A stretch of DNA of 64,000 bases. It comes from Mobula hypostoma (taxonomy: Eukaryota). The stretch lies in the NCBI RefSeq assembly GCF_963921235.1, contig NC_086108.1:71302001-71366000 (forward strand). The letters run 5' to 3'. This document shows, one piece after another, positions 49,884-63,658 of this stretch (within the stretch, counting starts at the first letter, position 1; each line of letters starts with the position of its first letter). The translations under genes were made by a program, and so were the position numbers. Under the pieces are notes generated by a model. That model had not been told where the DNA came from. It saw only the letters and a list, made by a program, of their open reading frames with translations, and did not search any database.

Positions 49884-51179
49884 CCACCTACCTTCCCTCT
49901 CACCTGGTCACATTTGGTCACATTATTTCTAAAGTTTCTCGAATTCCCTTGTCAGTATATTAATGTGGATTTTGTTTCTTTCAGATCTTCCCCCCTCCCT
50001 TTCTCCCACACTCCATCCCTACATCCCTGTTGTCTTTCAGATGAAACATTCTGCTAATACTGAAGTTTGGTTTCTTTTCTCACTTTTTCCACAAGTGTTC
50101 ATTTATGTGTCTCAGGATTATTGTATCCACATCCATTTGTTGACTACATTTCCTCTGCAATCTATTACATTAGAAGTGGTTAATTCTCTACACCTTCTTA
50201 ATTTCCATTCCAAAATTCTATTTCCAAAGTTGTTTTATTTGGTTCAAAAATACATTTTAGGATATTACAGAATCAATATCATTCTCAGAATCATAGGTAA
50301 AAGTTAATTGATATGTCCCGGTAGACAGGAGCTATGAGAAGTATTTTTAATTAGCATTTTCCCAAAATCTGTTTGCTTAGAATAGACTTCCTGCTCATCT
50401 GTGAAGGTTGTTATTGAGTCGGAACAGTGCTTGTCAGCAGGAAGCAATTTGACCATTACAATGTCCACTGAAGTTAATTAGGACCTGCAGGATGTTTTGC
50501 TGGGATCAGTGAACAGCATTTGCTCAGATGTTCTGAAGCCCAGGGAGTTTCAGCAGACTAGATCATTGCCAAGAACATTAAGTTTTTCAGTTTTAATTGT
50601 CACTTGCTTTTTATTCTTTTTTTTCATTTCTACCTATTGCCATTTCTATCAGAGACAGAGGAACTAGAGACATTTGAAAGTCTAGCTTTTATTATCAACA
50701 TTACAACCATTTGAGTGGGTAGAGCTGCAAGGCAGTGAAGATTTGAGTTCAGAGTTTTCATTCTCCAACCATGGCTGACAAGTCCCATCTGCCCAAAGTG
50801 ACTGATTTTAAGGCACCAGTAGCCCGTCTTCACCTCTTCTCTTGGCGGTAGAAATGGATCTACCAAGCTTAATAGTTAAGCCCACGCGGAGGCCAGGAGG
50901 CTTGGTCGTCAGAGGCTATTTGAGATGCACACCATTGGGAGCATTTAGTAGGTAGTGGAAGCTTAACCCCACTAAACCGCACCCCCCCCCATCTATTATA
51001 GCCTTAAGGAGCAAACCCTGAGGAAAAATCTGGAGCTGTAGTCTCTAAGGCAGTCCTACAATGAGTCCAATGCCGCTAATGCCAAACTGTTATCGGTCTC
51101 TGCCGTTCCTCTGGATTCATCAACTGTGAGGAGAGGGAGAGCCCGCTGCATGGGCAACAGCTTGCTCTCCATGCTGCTG

Positions 51180-51497
51180 TGGGCACCATGGTATCATAGT
51201 GGTTAGAGCGACGCTACTACAGCTCGTAGCGTTCTGGCATTAGGAATTCATTTCCACTGACGTTCTGTGAGAAGTCTCTGTACATCCTCCCTGTGGAATA
51301 CATGGGTTTTCCCAGGTGTTCCGGTTTCCTCTCACAGTCCAGAAACATACTGGTTAGGTTAATTGGTCATTATGAATTGTCCTGTGATTAGGTTAGGGCT
51401 AATTGGGTTTGTTGGGGTTTGTTGGGGTAGCATGGCTCAAAGGGCTGAAGGGCTGCTCTGCACTGTATGGCTAAAATAAAATAAATGAAATAAAAAT
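51180..51497 (+). mobile_element. tRNA-derived V-SINE/HE1-like SINE
   Basis: A-box-like TATCATAGTGG, core TGGGTTTTCCCAGGTGTTCCGGTTTCCTCTCACAGTCC, and an (AAAT)n tail. Confidence 0.75.
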
Positions 51498-51647
51498 ACC
51501 TAACTGCCCTGGCTTGCGTACTGGCTGTGTATCGACTCCAACCAATGGAGGGTCATTGACATAACCAATTATATTAGGGTTTGATGTTTATCATTTTAAT
51601 GTGAGTCGATTCTTATATTTCCGAAATACCAAACTGGGTAAGACAAC

Positions 51648-52525
51648 TGTTACGAGAATACACATAAAATTAAGATGTTTGCTGGCCTGGGCTAGCATCA
51701 GTGGCATCAGCAGTTGGTCTGCCACCTGCCCTCAGGGGAAGGAGAGATAAGGAACAATGGAGCAGCGTCTGGAGATGTGTAATGAAGGGATGTGGGAGGG
51801 AGAGCTGTCTGGAGCGGCTCCCCCCTTTGAACCCTGAACTGTTTGAAGTGATGGACAGGCGATACCCCAGCAGGGGGATAAAAAGGGACAGGTTCGCTAA
51901 GACAGACACACACGCCACCCGAGGTAACGAGACCCTGGAAGCGGTGCGCCTCTCGCGAGTGGTGAGAAGTACCGGACAACGCCCAGGGTGGAAAGGTACG
52001 ATCAGCGGGAACCCGGTGTGTGTCCGCCCTTGCCTGGGTGCCGGGTTCACTGCAGAGGATCGACCGCATCTGGAGGAGGGGTCACAGTCGGTGACCTCAG
52101 GTGACATCACCAAGGACCTGCCCAAAAGCTGTTTGTGAGCCATCTCGCTGGTCTGTGAGCCATCCCGCTGGTCTGTGAGTGAAGCAGTGTTCTGAATGAT
52201 CAGTTGTTCCTATTCTGTCTCTCTTCCCCCACCTTGTCCATCGCCATGGCAACGATTACTGCGAACTGAACTACAAACTGGACTGAACTTTGAGTCATTT
52301 TGAAATTGGTCATTTACCTCTAGACAACGATAGAGCTTGATTGATGCTGTTATCTTAATTCTGTGCACATGTGTGGTTATCATTGTTGAATTGTTGCATT
52401 TATTATCCTTTCGATTACTGTGTTGCTTGTTTCTTTAATAAAACTTTCTTAGTTCTAGTACTCCAGACTCCAACTGAGTGATCCATTTCTGCTGGTTTGG
52501 CAGCCCAGTTACGGGGTACGTAACA
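51648..52525 (+). mobile_element. Solo LTR (878 bp)
   Basis: TGTTACG...CGTAACA termini and 4-bp TSD CAAC (51644-51647, 52526-52529). TATA-like GATAAAA at ~51877 and AATAAA at ~52437. CpGs retained. Confidence 0.88.
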
Positions 52526-53451
52526 CAACCAATAAGTGCTCTGGGTGGGGGTGTTATTGTGGATCTTGCTTGACCTTCTTTGGTAAAGTACCATCAAAAT
52601 ATCAAATTAGAATTTAAAGGCTTAGAACTTATTACATTATCTGAATAATCACTTCTGCTGTAATTATGACCGAGCCTGGGGTGGTGTTCTGTGTACAGTG
52701 AATCCAGATGATTGTGTCTGATTACTCTGCAGTACTTTAATGATTGGCTTCTGTTGCTGCATTTGATTTTGAGTACTCTCTTCATTCTCATTAAGATGCT
52801 TCAGCCACCAATATAATGTAAATTGTGCCTTCACATGTTGTAAATACTTATGTAATGTGTCTACAATGCAGTCTCCATAGTGATAATAATCTTTCCCTAA
52901 TGGGACTCTAGTTCAACCAAAATCATAGGGTTTGAAAGTAATTTGTTGGACAGGCTTGCTTTGTCCCATCCCATGTCATTCCCCCCTCCATCGCCACTGT
53001 CCCCAACCCCTTCATGATGAGCCTTTAGTACTGAAGACGCTCTTGCTGTATAGAGATATACAAAAGTGAATGCAGTCACCTTGGTTTAACAAGCTGCTCC
53101 TGAGAGGTTTATACAGGTTAAGCTGAAACTATTACAAGGCCTGTGGTATGTGTCAGACTCACCCAGTGGCCAGTCTTGACCTCGTCAGTTGAAGCACAAT
53201 TAGTCTGAAGCCCACGAGTTGCAATGTAGGAAATTCTATTTGAGAGATTAAAAAAAAATATAAGATTGAATATTATCCAATAGACATGTGTTTTTGAAAT
53301 GAAGTGCTATGCTATGAATGAATTTGGCCAAATTTAAGTAATGGTAAAACGAAAGTTCAAAGGTTCAATTTTATTGTCAAAGTATGCATGCACAATACAA
53401 TACTTGCCTACTCTGATATTTGTTGGGAACAGAGCACTTACCAACATATGT

Positions 53452-53580
53452 AAACAAAAGGAAATCTGCAAATGCTGAAAATCCAAGCAATACACACAAA
53501 ATGCTGGAGGAACTCAGCAGGCCAGGCAGCATCTATGGAAAAAAGTACAGTTGACGTTTCAGGCCGAAACCCTTTGGCGG
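53452..53580 (-). repeat. Solo Penelope pLTR
   Basis: GGAAATCTGCAAATGCTG...CAGCAGGCCAGGCAGCATCTATGG...GACGTTTCAGGCCGAAACCC. Confidence 0.75.
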
Positions 53581-54067
53581 GGCAGAAATTTCCAACATAA
53601 AATTCTTTTAACTATACCATCTTCTTGCCTGAACAAATGGTAATTATGTGAGCCTAGGAATTGGTAACAATAGTAGTCACAATTTATTAATCAATCTGCT
53701 TTAAATTGTTAATTGCTAGACCTAGTTTGATGTGCAGTAAAATCATGAACTAATTGCCTGTTACATACTTACTAAAATGTTTGATGTTTTCTGTAATCTT
53801 GAAAGATATAATTTTTATACATATTTAAATTTGAATTAAGGAATATCACAGACTGAATGAGTTTATTTCAATATTTGCATTTTAAACAGATCATTTAAAA
53901 ATATGTAAATTTACACAGATTCTCGGTGTAATTAGATTGGAAACATATTGCATTTTTGAAGTGCTATAAATATTTTAATTCAAAAAAGAAGCAAAGAGTT
54001 TACAACACACATATTAATAAACTAGCATGTTGAGATTGGGGAAATAAGTGTGAAGAGGTTATGGATT

Positions 54068-54388
54068 GGCGCCACGGTAGCGTAACAGTTTGCATAATGC
54101 TATTACAGCTTGAGGTGTTCTGGAGTTTGGGGTTCCACTGCAGAGCCATTCTGTAAAGACACTCTGCATGTCCGCCTCATGGAATGTATGAGTTTTCCCT
54201 GGGTGATCCAGTTTCCTGCCACAGTTTAAAGATGTACAGGGTAGATTAACTGATCATTGTAAATTGTCCTGTGATTAGGTTAGGGACAGTTTATAATGTT
54301 TGTGGGGTTGCCGGGGCAGCATGGCTCGCAGGATGAGAAGGGCCTACCCCCATGCTGTACGTCCAAATAAACAAAAATAAATAAATAG
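54068..54388 (+). mobile_element. tRNA-derived V-SINE/HE1-like SINE
   Basis: Related to 51180-51497. (AAAT)n tail. Confidence 0.75.
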
Positions 54389-55601
54389 GTGGGCAAGCCG
54401 AGGGTTTTCATCACCCTCATGTTAAATATTACTCATATATTTATCATCGATTGTTCTGGTGAACCCCTTGACCACCCCCCCCCATGAATGTGTCCCAAGA
54501 ATAACTATACCCAGCACATCCAATGGTAACTTTAAGGCAGGTCATAATTTGGGATAGGAATCAAAGGTGTGAGTGGGCAAACTGAATAGCTGAAAAACAA
54601 CTCTCTCCAGAAGGATTTTCGGCTCACTCAGCTGCTACATTGCTCCCCGAAGTGAGTGGTGCTGAGGTAAAAATTTGCAGGCTATGATGGACAGTAATAG
54701 GATAAAAGCATCCTCTTTCTCTGATCACCTGATCTACCCAGCATCATAATCCATTATGAAGGCAGTTCAGGCATCCAAAGAAAGCAGATGGAAGTATTGT
54801 ATTGGTATTTAAATTATGGCATATATTGTTAGTCGGGCTTGAATGCCATTGTGGTTTTCCATATGTTAACGTGATGGGTGTACAATGCTCCAGACATTGA
54901 ACACTCTTTAGCTTAGATTGATTCTTCACCTTCCTGAACCTGTACCCTCTTGTCCTCTTGTGATGGCGTAGTTGAAGATATAATTTTGGTTGGTTTGCTA
55001 TTGCTTTAAAGATAACATTACAAACTCTTAAATCATTTCTTTTTGATGCGGCTCCTCTTACAGTTCTCCCTCTCTTACATTCTGTGAGTCACTGCTTTTA
55101 CCTGAATGGTTCCCAAACTGAAAGTGGCTCGGAGTGATCATAGGTTTACCCTACCACTCTGGGTCTGAATTCAGTTTATTTGAAAGTATAATTCAGTATT
55201 CTATTTGCTTTGTGTGTTATAACTTTAACTGTTAAAGAGTAAAAATATATTATCTGTATTTTCCTGCATTTAATTCCGAATGCATAGAGCACAAACTATT
55301 TATCATTATTTTCAGAAGATGTTATTTTGTATTTGATTGTACTCAGTGGCCACTTTATTAGTTACACCTGCAGGGCCGTATTAAGCTAGTGCAGGGCCTG
55401 TAGCATATATTATAAAGGGGCCATAAATTTAAAAAATGCACATAAGTATTAAAACATAAATTATTTACTTGCATAGTAAAGTAATTCAATATTTTCATTT
55501 GCTATACAGCCAGATAATGCGACAAATGTCTGACACTTCAGTAACGGTATTACTTACATGTAAGTATCAATTTCAAATGTCAAAAGTAACAAAACTACAA
55601 T

Positions 55602-58356
55602 TTAAAAGTTAGATTTTCTAGATTTAGCATGAGCAATTTTGTTGATGATACTGGGAATGTCTATTTCATGCAGAAGTTCATGTACAATGCTCATTAGAGT
55701 GAGATTGTTCAATCTGTTTTGACCCATGGTGCCCCTTAGTTCATTTTTAATCCTTTTCAGTTTTGAAAATGAGCGTTCTCCACTGCAGTTGGTAACCATG
55801 AGTGACAAATAGATGCGCAAAGCACTTTCTACATTTGGAAAACATGACTCCAAAGAATTGTCAGTTACCAAACGGTACAACTGTAACTCTACAAGGTCTT
55901 GTTTGGTGCCAATAAGAGAAGCAAGATCAGTTTTCAACAGTTCAGTAAACTGCACAAATTCTTCGTTAAGACTTTCTTCCAGATCTTCCGGATATGATTT
56001 AATAAGATTTGATGACCTCGTTACAATCTCTTCAGGTGTAAACGACTGTAATTGATGAAGGAATCCAAAAACATCATTCACCTTTAGATAAGCTTTCTGC
56101 CTTTTTGATGGGGCAGAAAGCAAGCTGTCAATAATGGCAAGAAATATTCGGCTGTTAAACTTCTGAGAAGGTGTTTGAGATTCAACAAGTGGATCAAGAG
56201 TGCTGGCACCACTGAAATCATCATACGCGTGATTTTGCTTGTGTTTTCTTCGAGTTTGCTGTCGATAATCTTCACACTTAGTCAGATCCTTAACTTTTTG
56301 CTCAATGTCTGAAAAAGTAGACCGCATAGCTTGAATATCTCCATGCAAGGATTCATAGAGTGCACAAGCTGTGTTCAAGTCTTGGCCAGAAGATTGCAAA
56401 GAAGCACCTGTCATTTGAAAACGCTGTAATACTTGATCCCACAATATGACCATTTTTCCTGTTTCCAACTTCATCATGGTTGAAAGTAGTCCACGAGCCT
56501 ATTGTCAACCCTCTGCCTTCTGATCATTGTTATTTGAAATGTCTCCTAAGACTAGTTTCATTGCAGAAAAGCTGTGTAAAAGTGCTTTTGTTACATCTGC
56601 ACGAGCTGACCACCTGGTAGCTGACATTCTTTTCACGATGGGCAAATGAGCACCACCATCAGATAATAGTCATAGTCATTGTCATAGTCATACTTTATTG
56701 ATCTCGGGGGAAATTGGTTTTCGTTACTGTTGCACCATAAATAATTAAATAGCAATAAAACCATAAATAGTTAAATAGTAATATGTAAATTATGCCAGGA
56801 AATAAGTCCAGGACCAGCCTATTGGCTCAGGGTGTCTGACCCTCCAAGGGAGGAGTTGTAAAATTTAATGGCTGAATGTACTCCTGTACCCAACCAGTAC
56901 ATTATGTAGTGGATGGGAGACATTGTCCAAGATGGCATGCAACTTGGACAGCATCTTCTTTTCAGACACCACCGTCAGAGAGTCCAGTTCCATCCCCAGA
57001 ATATCACTGGCCTTACGGATGAGTTTGTTGATTCTGTTGGTGTCTGCTACCCTCAGTCTGCTGCCCCAGCACACAACAGCAAACATGATAGCACTGGCCA
57101 CCACAGACTCGTAGAACATCCTCAGCATCGTCCGGCAGATGTTAAAGGACCTCAGTCTCCTCAGGAAATAGAGATGGCTTTGACCCTTCTTGTAGAGAGC
57201 CTCAGTGTTCTTTGACCAGTCCAGTTTATTGTCAATTCATATCCCCAGGTATTTGTAATCCTCCACCATGTCCACACTGACCCCTGGATGGAAACAGGGG
57301 TCACCAGTACCTTAGCTCTCCTCAGGTCTACCACCAGCTCCTTAGTCTTTTTCTCATTAAGCTGCAGATAATTCTGCTCACACCATGTGACAAAGTTTCC
57401 TACCGTAGCCCTGTACTCAGCCTCATCTCCCTTGCTGATGCATCCAACTATGGCAGAGTCATCCGAAAACTTCTGAAGATGACAAGACTCTGTGCAGTAG
57501 TTGAAATCCGAGGTGTAAATGGTGAAGAGAAAGGGAGACAAGACAGTCCCCTGTGGAGCCCCAGTGCTGCTGATCACTCTGTCGAACACACAGTGTTGCA
57601 AGCACACGTACTGTGATCTGCCGGTCAGGTAATCAAGAATCCATGACACCAGGAAAGCATCCACCTGTATCGCTGTCAGCTTCTCCCCCAGCAGAGCAGG
57701 GCGGATGGTGTTGAACGCACTGGAGAAGTCCAAAAACATGACCCTCACAGTGCTCGCTGGCTTGTCCAGGTGGGCGTAGACACGGTTCAGCAGGTAGACA
57801 ATGCAGCAGAAAGGAGATCCCATCGATAAGTAAAATGTGTACAGGCTTTCTACAAATTGAAAGAAAATTAATGCTCCTTGACAACATTCAGCAGCACATT
57901 TTCCAACCAATTTAGTGAATGTGTAAAACATGGAATGTAAATCCGCAAACTCATTCAGCTCTTTAATTTGTGCTTGTAAGCCACTGTACTTGCCACTCAT
58001 GTTGCTGGCATTGTCATAACTTTGACTGCGGCAGTCTTTTATATCGATGTCATTTTCCTTTAAGAAGTCAAGTAAACTTTGAGCAAGCTGTTCAGCACTA
58101 TGACCTTCCATATCTAAAAACTTCACAAATCTTTCAACTGGTCCAGACAGCAAAACATAGTACACAGTTAAAGTCAGCTGGTCCACATTAGATATATCTG
58201 GAGCAGAATCCAATGAAACAGAACAATATTTGTATTTCTTCACTTCACCGATAATGTGATCCAGTATGCTGGATCCAATCAGATTGATGAATTCCTCACA
58301 TGCTGTTTTAGATAGGTATGATTTACGTCCCCTTCCTTGGTTTGCATGAGCATTTA
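55602..58356 (-). pseudogene. hAT transposase pseudogene interrupted by a LINE
   Basis: SYLSKTACEEFI, SVSLDSAPDISNVDQL, PVERF, CRSQSYDNASNMSGKYSGLQA, ATRWSARAD, and the hATC dimerisation motif FPNVESALRIYLSLMVTNCSGERSFSKLKRIKN. Confidence 0.88.
56668..57803 (-). mobile_element. Rex1/Babar-type LINE, 5'-truncated, nested in the hAT transposase
   Basis: VRVMFLDFSSAFNTI, TGAPQGTVLSPFLFTIYTSD, KFSDDSAIVG, LRMFYESVVAS. (TAGTCA)n tail at ~56668-56690. Confidence 0.92.
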
Positions 58357-60539
58357 TACCACGACACAGCAAGGAGCCAACACACACCTGCACACACATA
58401 CTGTACCATGCAGCATGCAGTTCCCCCACATGAAAACAACAGCATTGCCAGATCATTGTTGTTGTGCCATGGATGAAATCACAGAGTGTTGTGTTACTGG
58501 TGGGTACAAGGCAGTTTATTTATTTGACAAAACAAGGTTACAGCAGGCAGAGACCCCTGGCAGAACAGGTCTAACCGTCTTGAGATTGAGGCTCGATATT
58601 TATTTGCTAAACACAAAGAACAGTTCATTGTCACAAGTATAGACAATTCTTTGAAGTTTTCACATCTTTTGATTAAATTCATTCTACTGGCGCCAGTATG
58701 CCTAAGCTGGCATTCGTGGTCTTTAGGAATGCAAGTTAAAATCCATAATACATTATTTGATACATTACGTGCTAACATAGAGGACAATTCATATTCAAAA
58801 AGTGTAGATATGGTGTCTTCGCAACTACTTGTAAACTTAGCATTCTTGTCTCAGAGGCACCAGAGATGCATTGTTACAAATGAAACTGGGTTCACAGCTT
58901 TTAGGAAATGTATTGTTATGAACTCCATTAACAGTACTTTGTCAAAGAACAGAAGACTGATGGCTGAAGTCATTTATTCAAGTGTGAATGAATTGTCTAC
59001 CCAAAACTCACTCTAACAGTCGTGAGAATACGGTGAGATGCTGATGTTACCAGTGCAGCTTGCAAGCATTTAGTGCAGGCGGGGCCCTCGAAAATGTCGG
59101 GCCCGTAGCGTATACTACTTTTGCTACTAGGTTAATCCGACTCTGTACACCTGTACACCTATTGGTTAATACAAATATCTAATCAGCCAATCAAGTGGCA
59201 GCAACTCAGTGCATAAAAGCATGTAGACATGGTCGAGAGGTCTGGTTGTTGTTCGGACCAAACATCAGGAATAGTGAAGAAATGTGATCTAGGTAACTTT
59301 GACCATAGAATGATAGTTGGCGCAAGATGGGGTAGTTTGAGTATGTCAGAAACTACTGATTTCCTGGGATTTTCATGCAAAACAGACCCTAGCATTTACA
59401 GAGAATAGTGCAAAAAAAAACAAAGTAAAAAATCCAGGGAGTAGCAGTTCTGTGGGCAAAAACACCTTCTTAATGAGCGAGGTCAGAGGAGAATGGCTAG
59501 ACTGGTTCAAGTTGACAAGATGGAGACAGTACCACAGATGACCACATGTTACAACAGTGGTGTGCAGGAGAGCATCTCTAAATGCAGAACACGTCAAGAC
59601 TAGAAGTGGATGGATCACAGTAGCAGAAGACCACAAAGACAGAGTCAGTGGCCACTTTATTAAGTACAGGAGGTACCTAATAAAATGGCTACTGAGTGTA
59701 TACTAAGTGTAATTTGCCTTTGATTTGTGTTGGTCCATCCGCATGTTCAGCACTGAATGAGTTAATGTGGCAAAATATTCGGATTAACTCATTCACACTT
59801 TCATTCATTAATTTTAGTAAATGATTCTGAAAATCAGCCATGGCAAGACAATAGAACAACAGGGTTCATGAAAAAGTTCCTAAAAGTTCCTTTGATGTAT
59901 GTTGCTTGAATTTCCAGCATCTGAAGAATTCCTGTTGTTTGTGTCCTAAAAGCAAACAAGGTTAAAAGTAATAATTTGATGTTTTATTGTAAGCCAAAGT
60001 TTGTTTTGGTTAACTTGAAACTTAGACATGTTTCTTGTGCAATATTATGCCAAACGCTGGTGAATTCCGATAATTTAATAGGATTTCTAATTTGTGTGCT
60101 AACTTAATTACTACAATTGCTTTTTAGATTTAGTTAGACAATGAAAATTGAGTCTCATATTCGACAACTTAAGGTTTTGCTAGAAATAATGATCAAGATT
60201 TTGTTGAATGAAGAGAATTTTGTAAGCAACCACAAACCCTCGCAATCATTTTGTTAAAAATTATAAACGAAACGAATCAATAGAATTGAGAAGGAATGCA
60301 TTAATCTGCACCAATCTTGGTATGATGAAAATTACTATACTTGATGCATTCACAGAAGTCATGATCATCCGCTGCAGCCAAGGAAGACCCTAGTTGTGCC
60401 GACTGCTTGTGCCATTGAACTTGGATTTAAGAGGTCGAGAGAGTGGAACTGCCCCAGGGCAATGGGTTTTCCCTTTAAAAACTCTCCCGCACAGATTCCT
60501 TTGTGCGGTTCACAGTGTAGCAAGAACTGCTCATCAAAT

Positions 60540-61376
<837 letters not shown>

Positions 61377-62554
61377 TAAAACAGACTGTAAATAAATCGC
61401 GAATAAAACAGCGGAGCTCGCTTGCACATGAAAAGTTTATGATAACTTATTGAAATCTGATTTCCCCCATTTTAGCAGCTGAAGCAAGCAGAGCAGATAA
61501 TTTTATTCAACGCTCCCTTAATTATCCCCAGACCTATTTTCTCGATGATTTCCCTTCAGGACTAGAGTTTCTAGCATCTCTTTACTTATGAGTGAGAGAT
61601 GATGAATAAGCAGAGCACAAAGAAGCGAGAGGCATTCTAAAGGCAGCTTATACCTTGCATTTATTTAAAGTATAGGGTTTGAATAAACAAGAATTTATTG
61701 TAGTTTTCTGGTGTCGTTGGCCTTCGAAATAAAGAGCGCAGAGTCCGTACCCTCGACGTTTACCGAGCGGCGGGTTGAATGCTGAGGTACTTGAGCAGCG
61801 ACGTGATTTGTCTGTCAGCGCCCGATCACCCAGGTTCTCGTTTATCTTCGATCTCACCTCTTAGGTCAACTCGGTTTTTATTTCAGTAGCATATCCTGGC
61901 TTGTATCCGAATGACACGCGTGCCTTGATAAAATAAACTCAAATCTAATTGGAAGCAGATGGTACATTAAAATAAACCTTGGTACAAGCAACAACTGAAC
62001 TGCAAAATACTGTTATGGGAGACAATTTATAAAGGGAGATGTGCGATCGAATCCCTAACACTGAGGCAAGAGGCAGATGTTACTTTTACCTGGATAATAT
62101 TTGGCCTATTTAGATGCAATGAAGGCACTGGTGGGGCTTTGCGCGTTGGTCGAACTTTACACTGTAAGAAATTTTCATTGAATCATCAAACAATACTAAC
62201 GGTTCTGGTTTCTCAAGCTGAATTCTGAAATTCCGGGACGAGGTCTCAAAATCCCGATGGAAACATTATATCGCAATTGGTGTCGGACGTAAATATTAAA
62301 TATTAACCCAATACAATCAGATCAATGTGCAAAGATTTTCTTCTGATTGGATTTGGTTTCATTTGGGAAACAAAGTTCTTGTGTTATTTTTGTCAGCGCT
62401 GTCAGCCGTGGACATCAAACGACTTTTTTTTGGGTCGGCTGTTTTGTGACTCAAATGATATGATTGGATTGACGGACAAGAAAGTTGGAAAAGAGCAACG
62501 GACAGATGGAATAAAGCCCTCCTCACCACTGAGCACAACCACACGAAGCGTTGT

Positions 62555-62992
62555 CGCAGGGAACCAGCATCCATCACCAGGGATGCCCACCAACCAGGCC
62601 ATACCCTCATCTCGCTGCCACCATCAGCAAGAAAGTACAGGAGCCTCAGGACTCCCACCACCAGGGCCAGGAACGCTTGTTACCCCTCAACCATTAAGCG
62701 CTTGAACCAAGGAGATAACGTCACTTGCCCCATCATTGAGATGTTTCCACTGTCAGGGACTCCTTATCTCATGTTCTTGATATTTATTGTTAATTTATTA
62801 TTATTTATTTTTGTATTTGCACAGCTTGTCTTTTGCACACTGGTTGAGTGCTCGAGTTGGTACGGTCTTTCATGGATTCTATTACGGTTATTTTTATATT
62901 ATGGATTTATTGAGTCTGCCGGAAAGAAATTGAATCTCAGGGTTGTATCTGGTGACATATGTGCACGTTGAGAGTAAATTTATTTTGAACTT
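62555..62992 (+). mobile_element. Rex1/Babar-type LINE 3' fragment
   Basis: CATCCATCACCAGGGATGCCCACCAACCAGGCCAT...GCTGCCACCATCAG..AGTACAGGAGCCTCAGG matches the RT C-terminus of the other copies, followed by a 3' UTR. Confidence 0.7.
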
Positions 62993-63583
62993 TTGCTTCA
63001 ATGAAAGCTGACTATAAGATAAATGTTAACAACGGAAGTATTTTGTTTTCAAACTGTCCGGATTCGAGGAGTTCATTCAATATTACCGAAGTTTGCCTCA
63101 TGTAATTTCTAAACTCCCATAAGACACTTATTCTTAGAAACCTCGGGCTGACCTAGATTGCCAATAAAAAGTGGAGCATTTTCATTAATCGAGATTTCAA
63201 TTCATAATCCGCACCCTTCCTAATTCTTAATCCACATACTTTCTAAATGTTTGTCTGCAAAATTTATTTCTTAACGTCGGTAGGTAACTGAAGGAAAGAA
63301 TGACGTGAAGACCTTTGAAGAAGTATTAACAGTCTTAAATCCTGTGACCTTAGAAGAGTGCACAGGAAACACGATTTACCATGCACATTGCTCGATACAG
63401 ATGCTTGTCTTCTTTAACAAAAACGATTTGGAGCCAGTAATTAACCTATTGTGTTTTAGCTTATTCTCCCTCTGGAGAATCAGAATCAGGGTAAATATCA
63501 CCGGCATATGTCGTGAAATTTGTTGTTTTGTGGCAGCAGTATACTGCAGTACGCAGTAATAAAGATCTAGAAAGGTATATTTT

Positions 63584-63658
63584 GTACAGAGCAAAAGTCT
63601 TAGGTGTGAATATATATATATATATTAAACAAGGGTGCCTAAGACTTTTGCTCTGTAC
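63584..63658. mobile_element. Tiny Tc1-like MITE/palindrome with (TA)n centre
   Basis: Perfect 21-bp inverted repeat GTACAGAGCAAAAGTCTTAGG / CCTAAGACTTTTGCTCTGTAC. Confidence 0.7.

Larger units (their letters stand above)
55371..59145 (-). mobile_element. hAT DNA transposon (Tip100/ZMYM1-like)
   Basis: 8-bp TSD TACACCTG at 55363-55370 and 59146-59153. Imperfect TIRs CAGGGCCGTATTAA / TTAATCCGACTCTG. Confidence 0.92.
55340..59698. mobile_element. Tc1-derived non-autonomous element split by the hAT insertion
   Basis: Left TIR ACTCAGTGGCCACTTTATTAG..ACACC at 55341. The body resumes at 59154. Right TIR GGTACCTAATAAAATGGCTACTGAGTG-TA. Confidence 0.8.

Noticed and set aside
51670..52143. 145-157-aa ORFs
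   Set aside because: They lie inside a GC-rich solo LTR and show no gag/pol/env motifs.
57161..58456. 431-aa ORF as a genuine transposase-RT protein or ZMYM1 gene
   Set aside because: Explained by a LINE nested in a TSD-flanked hAT. The hAT frame shifts before the junction.
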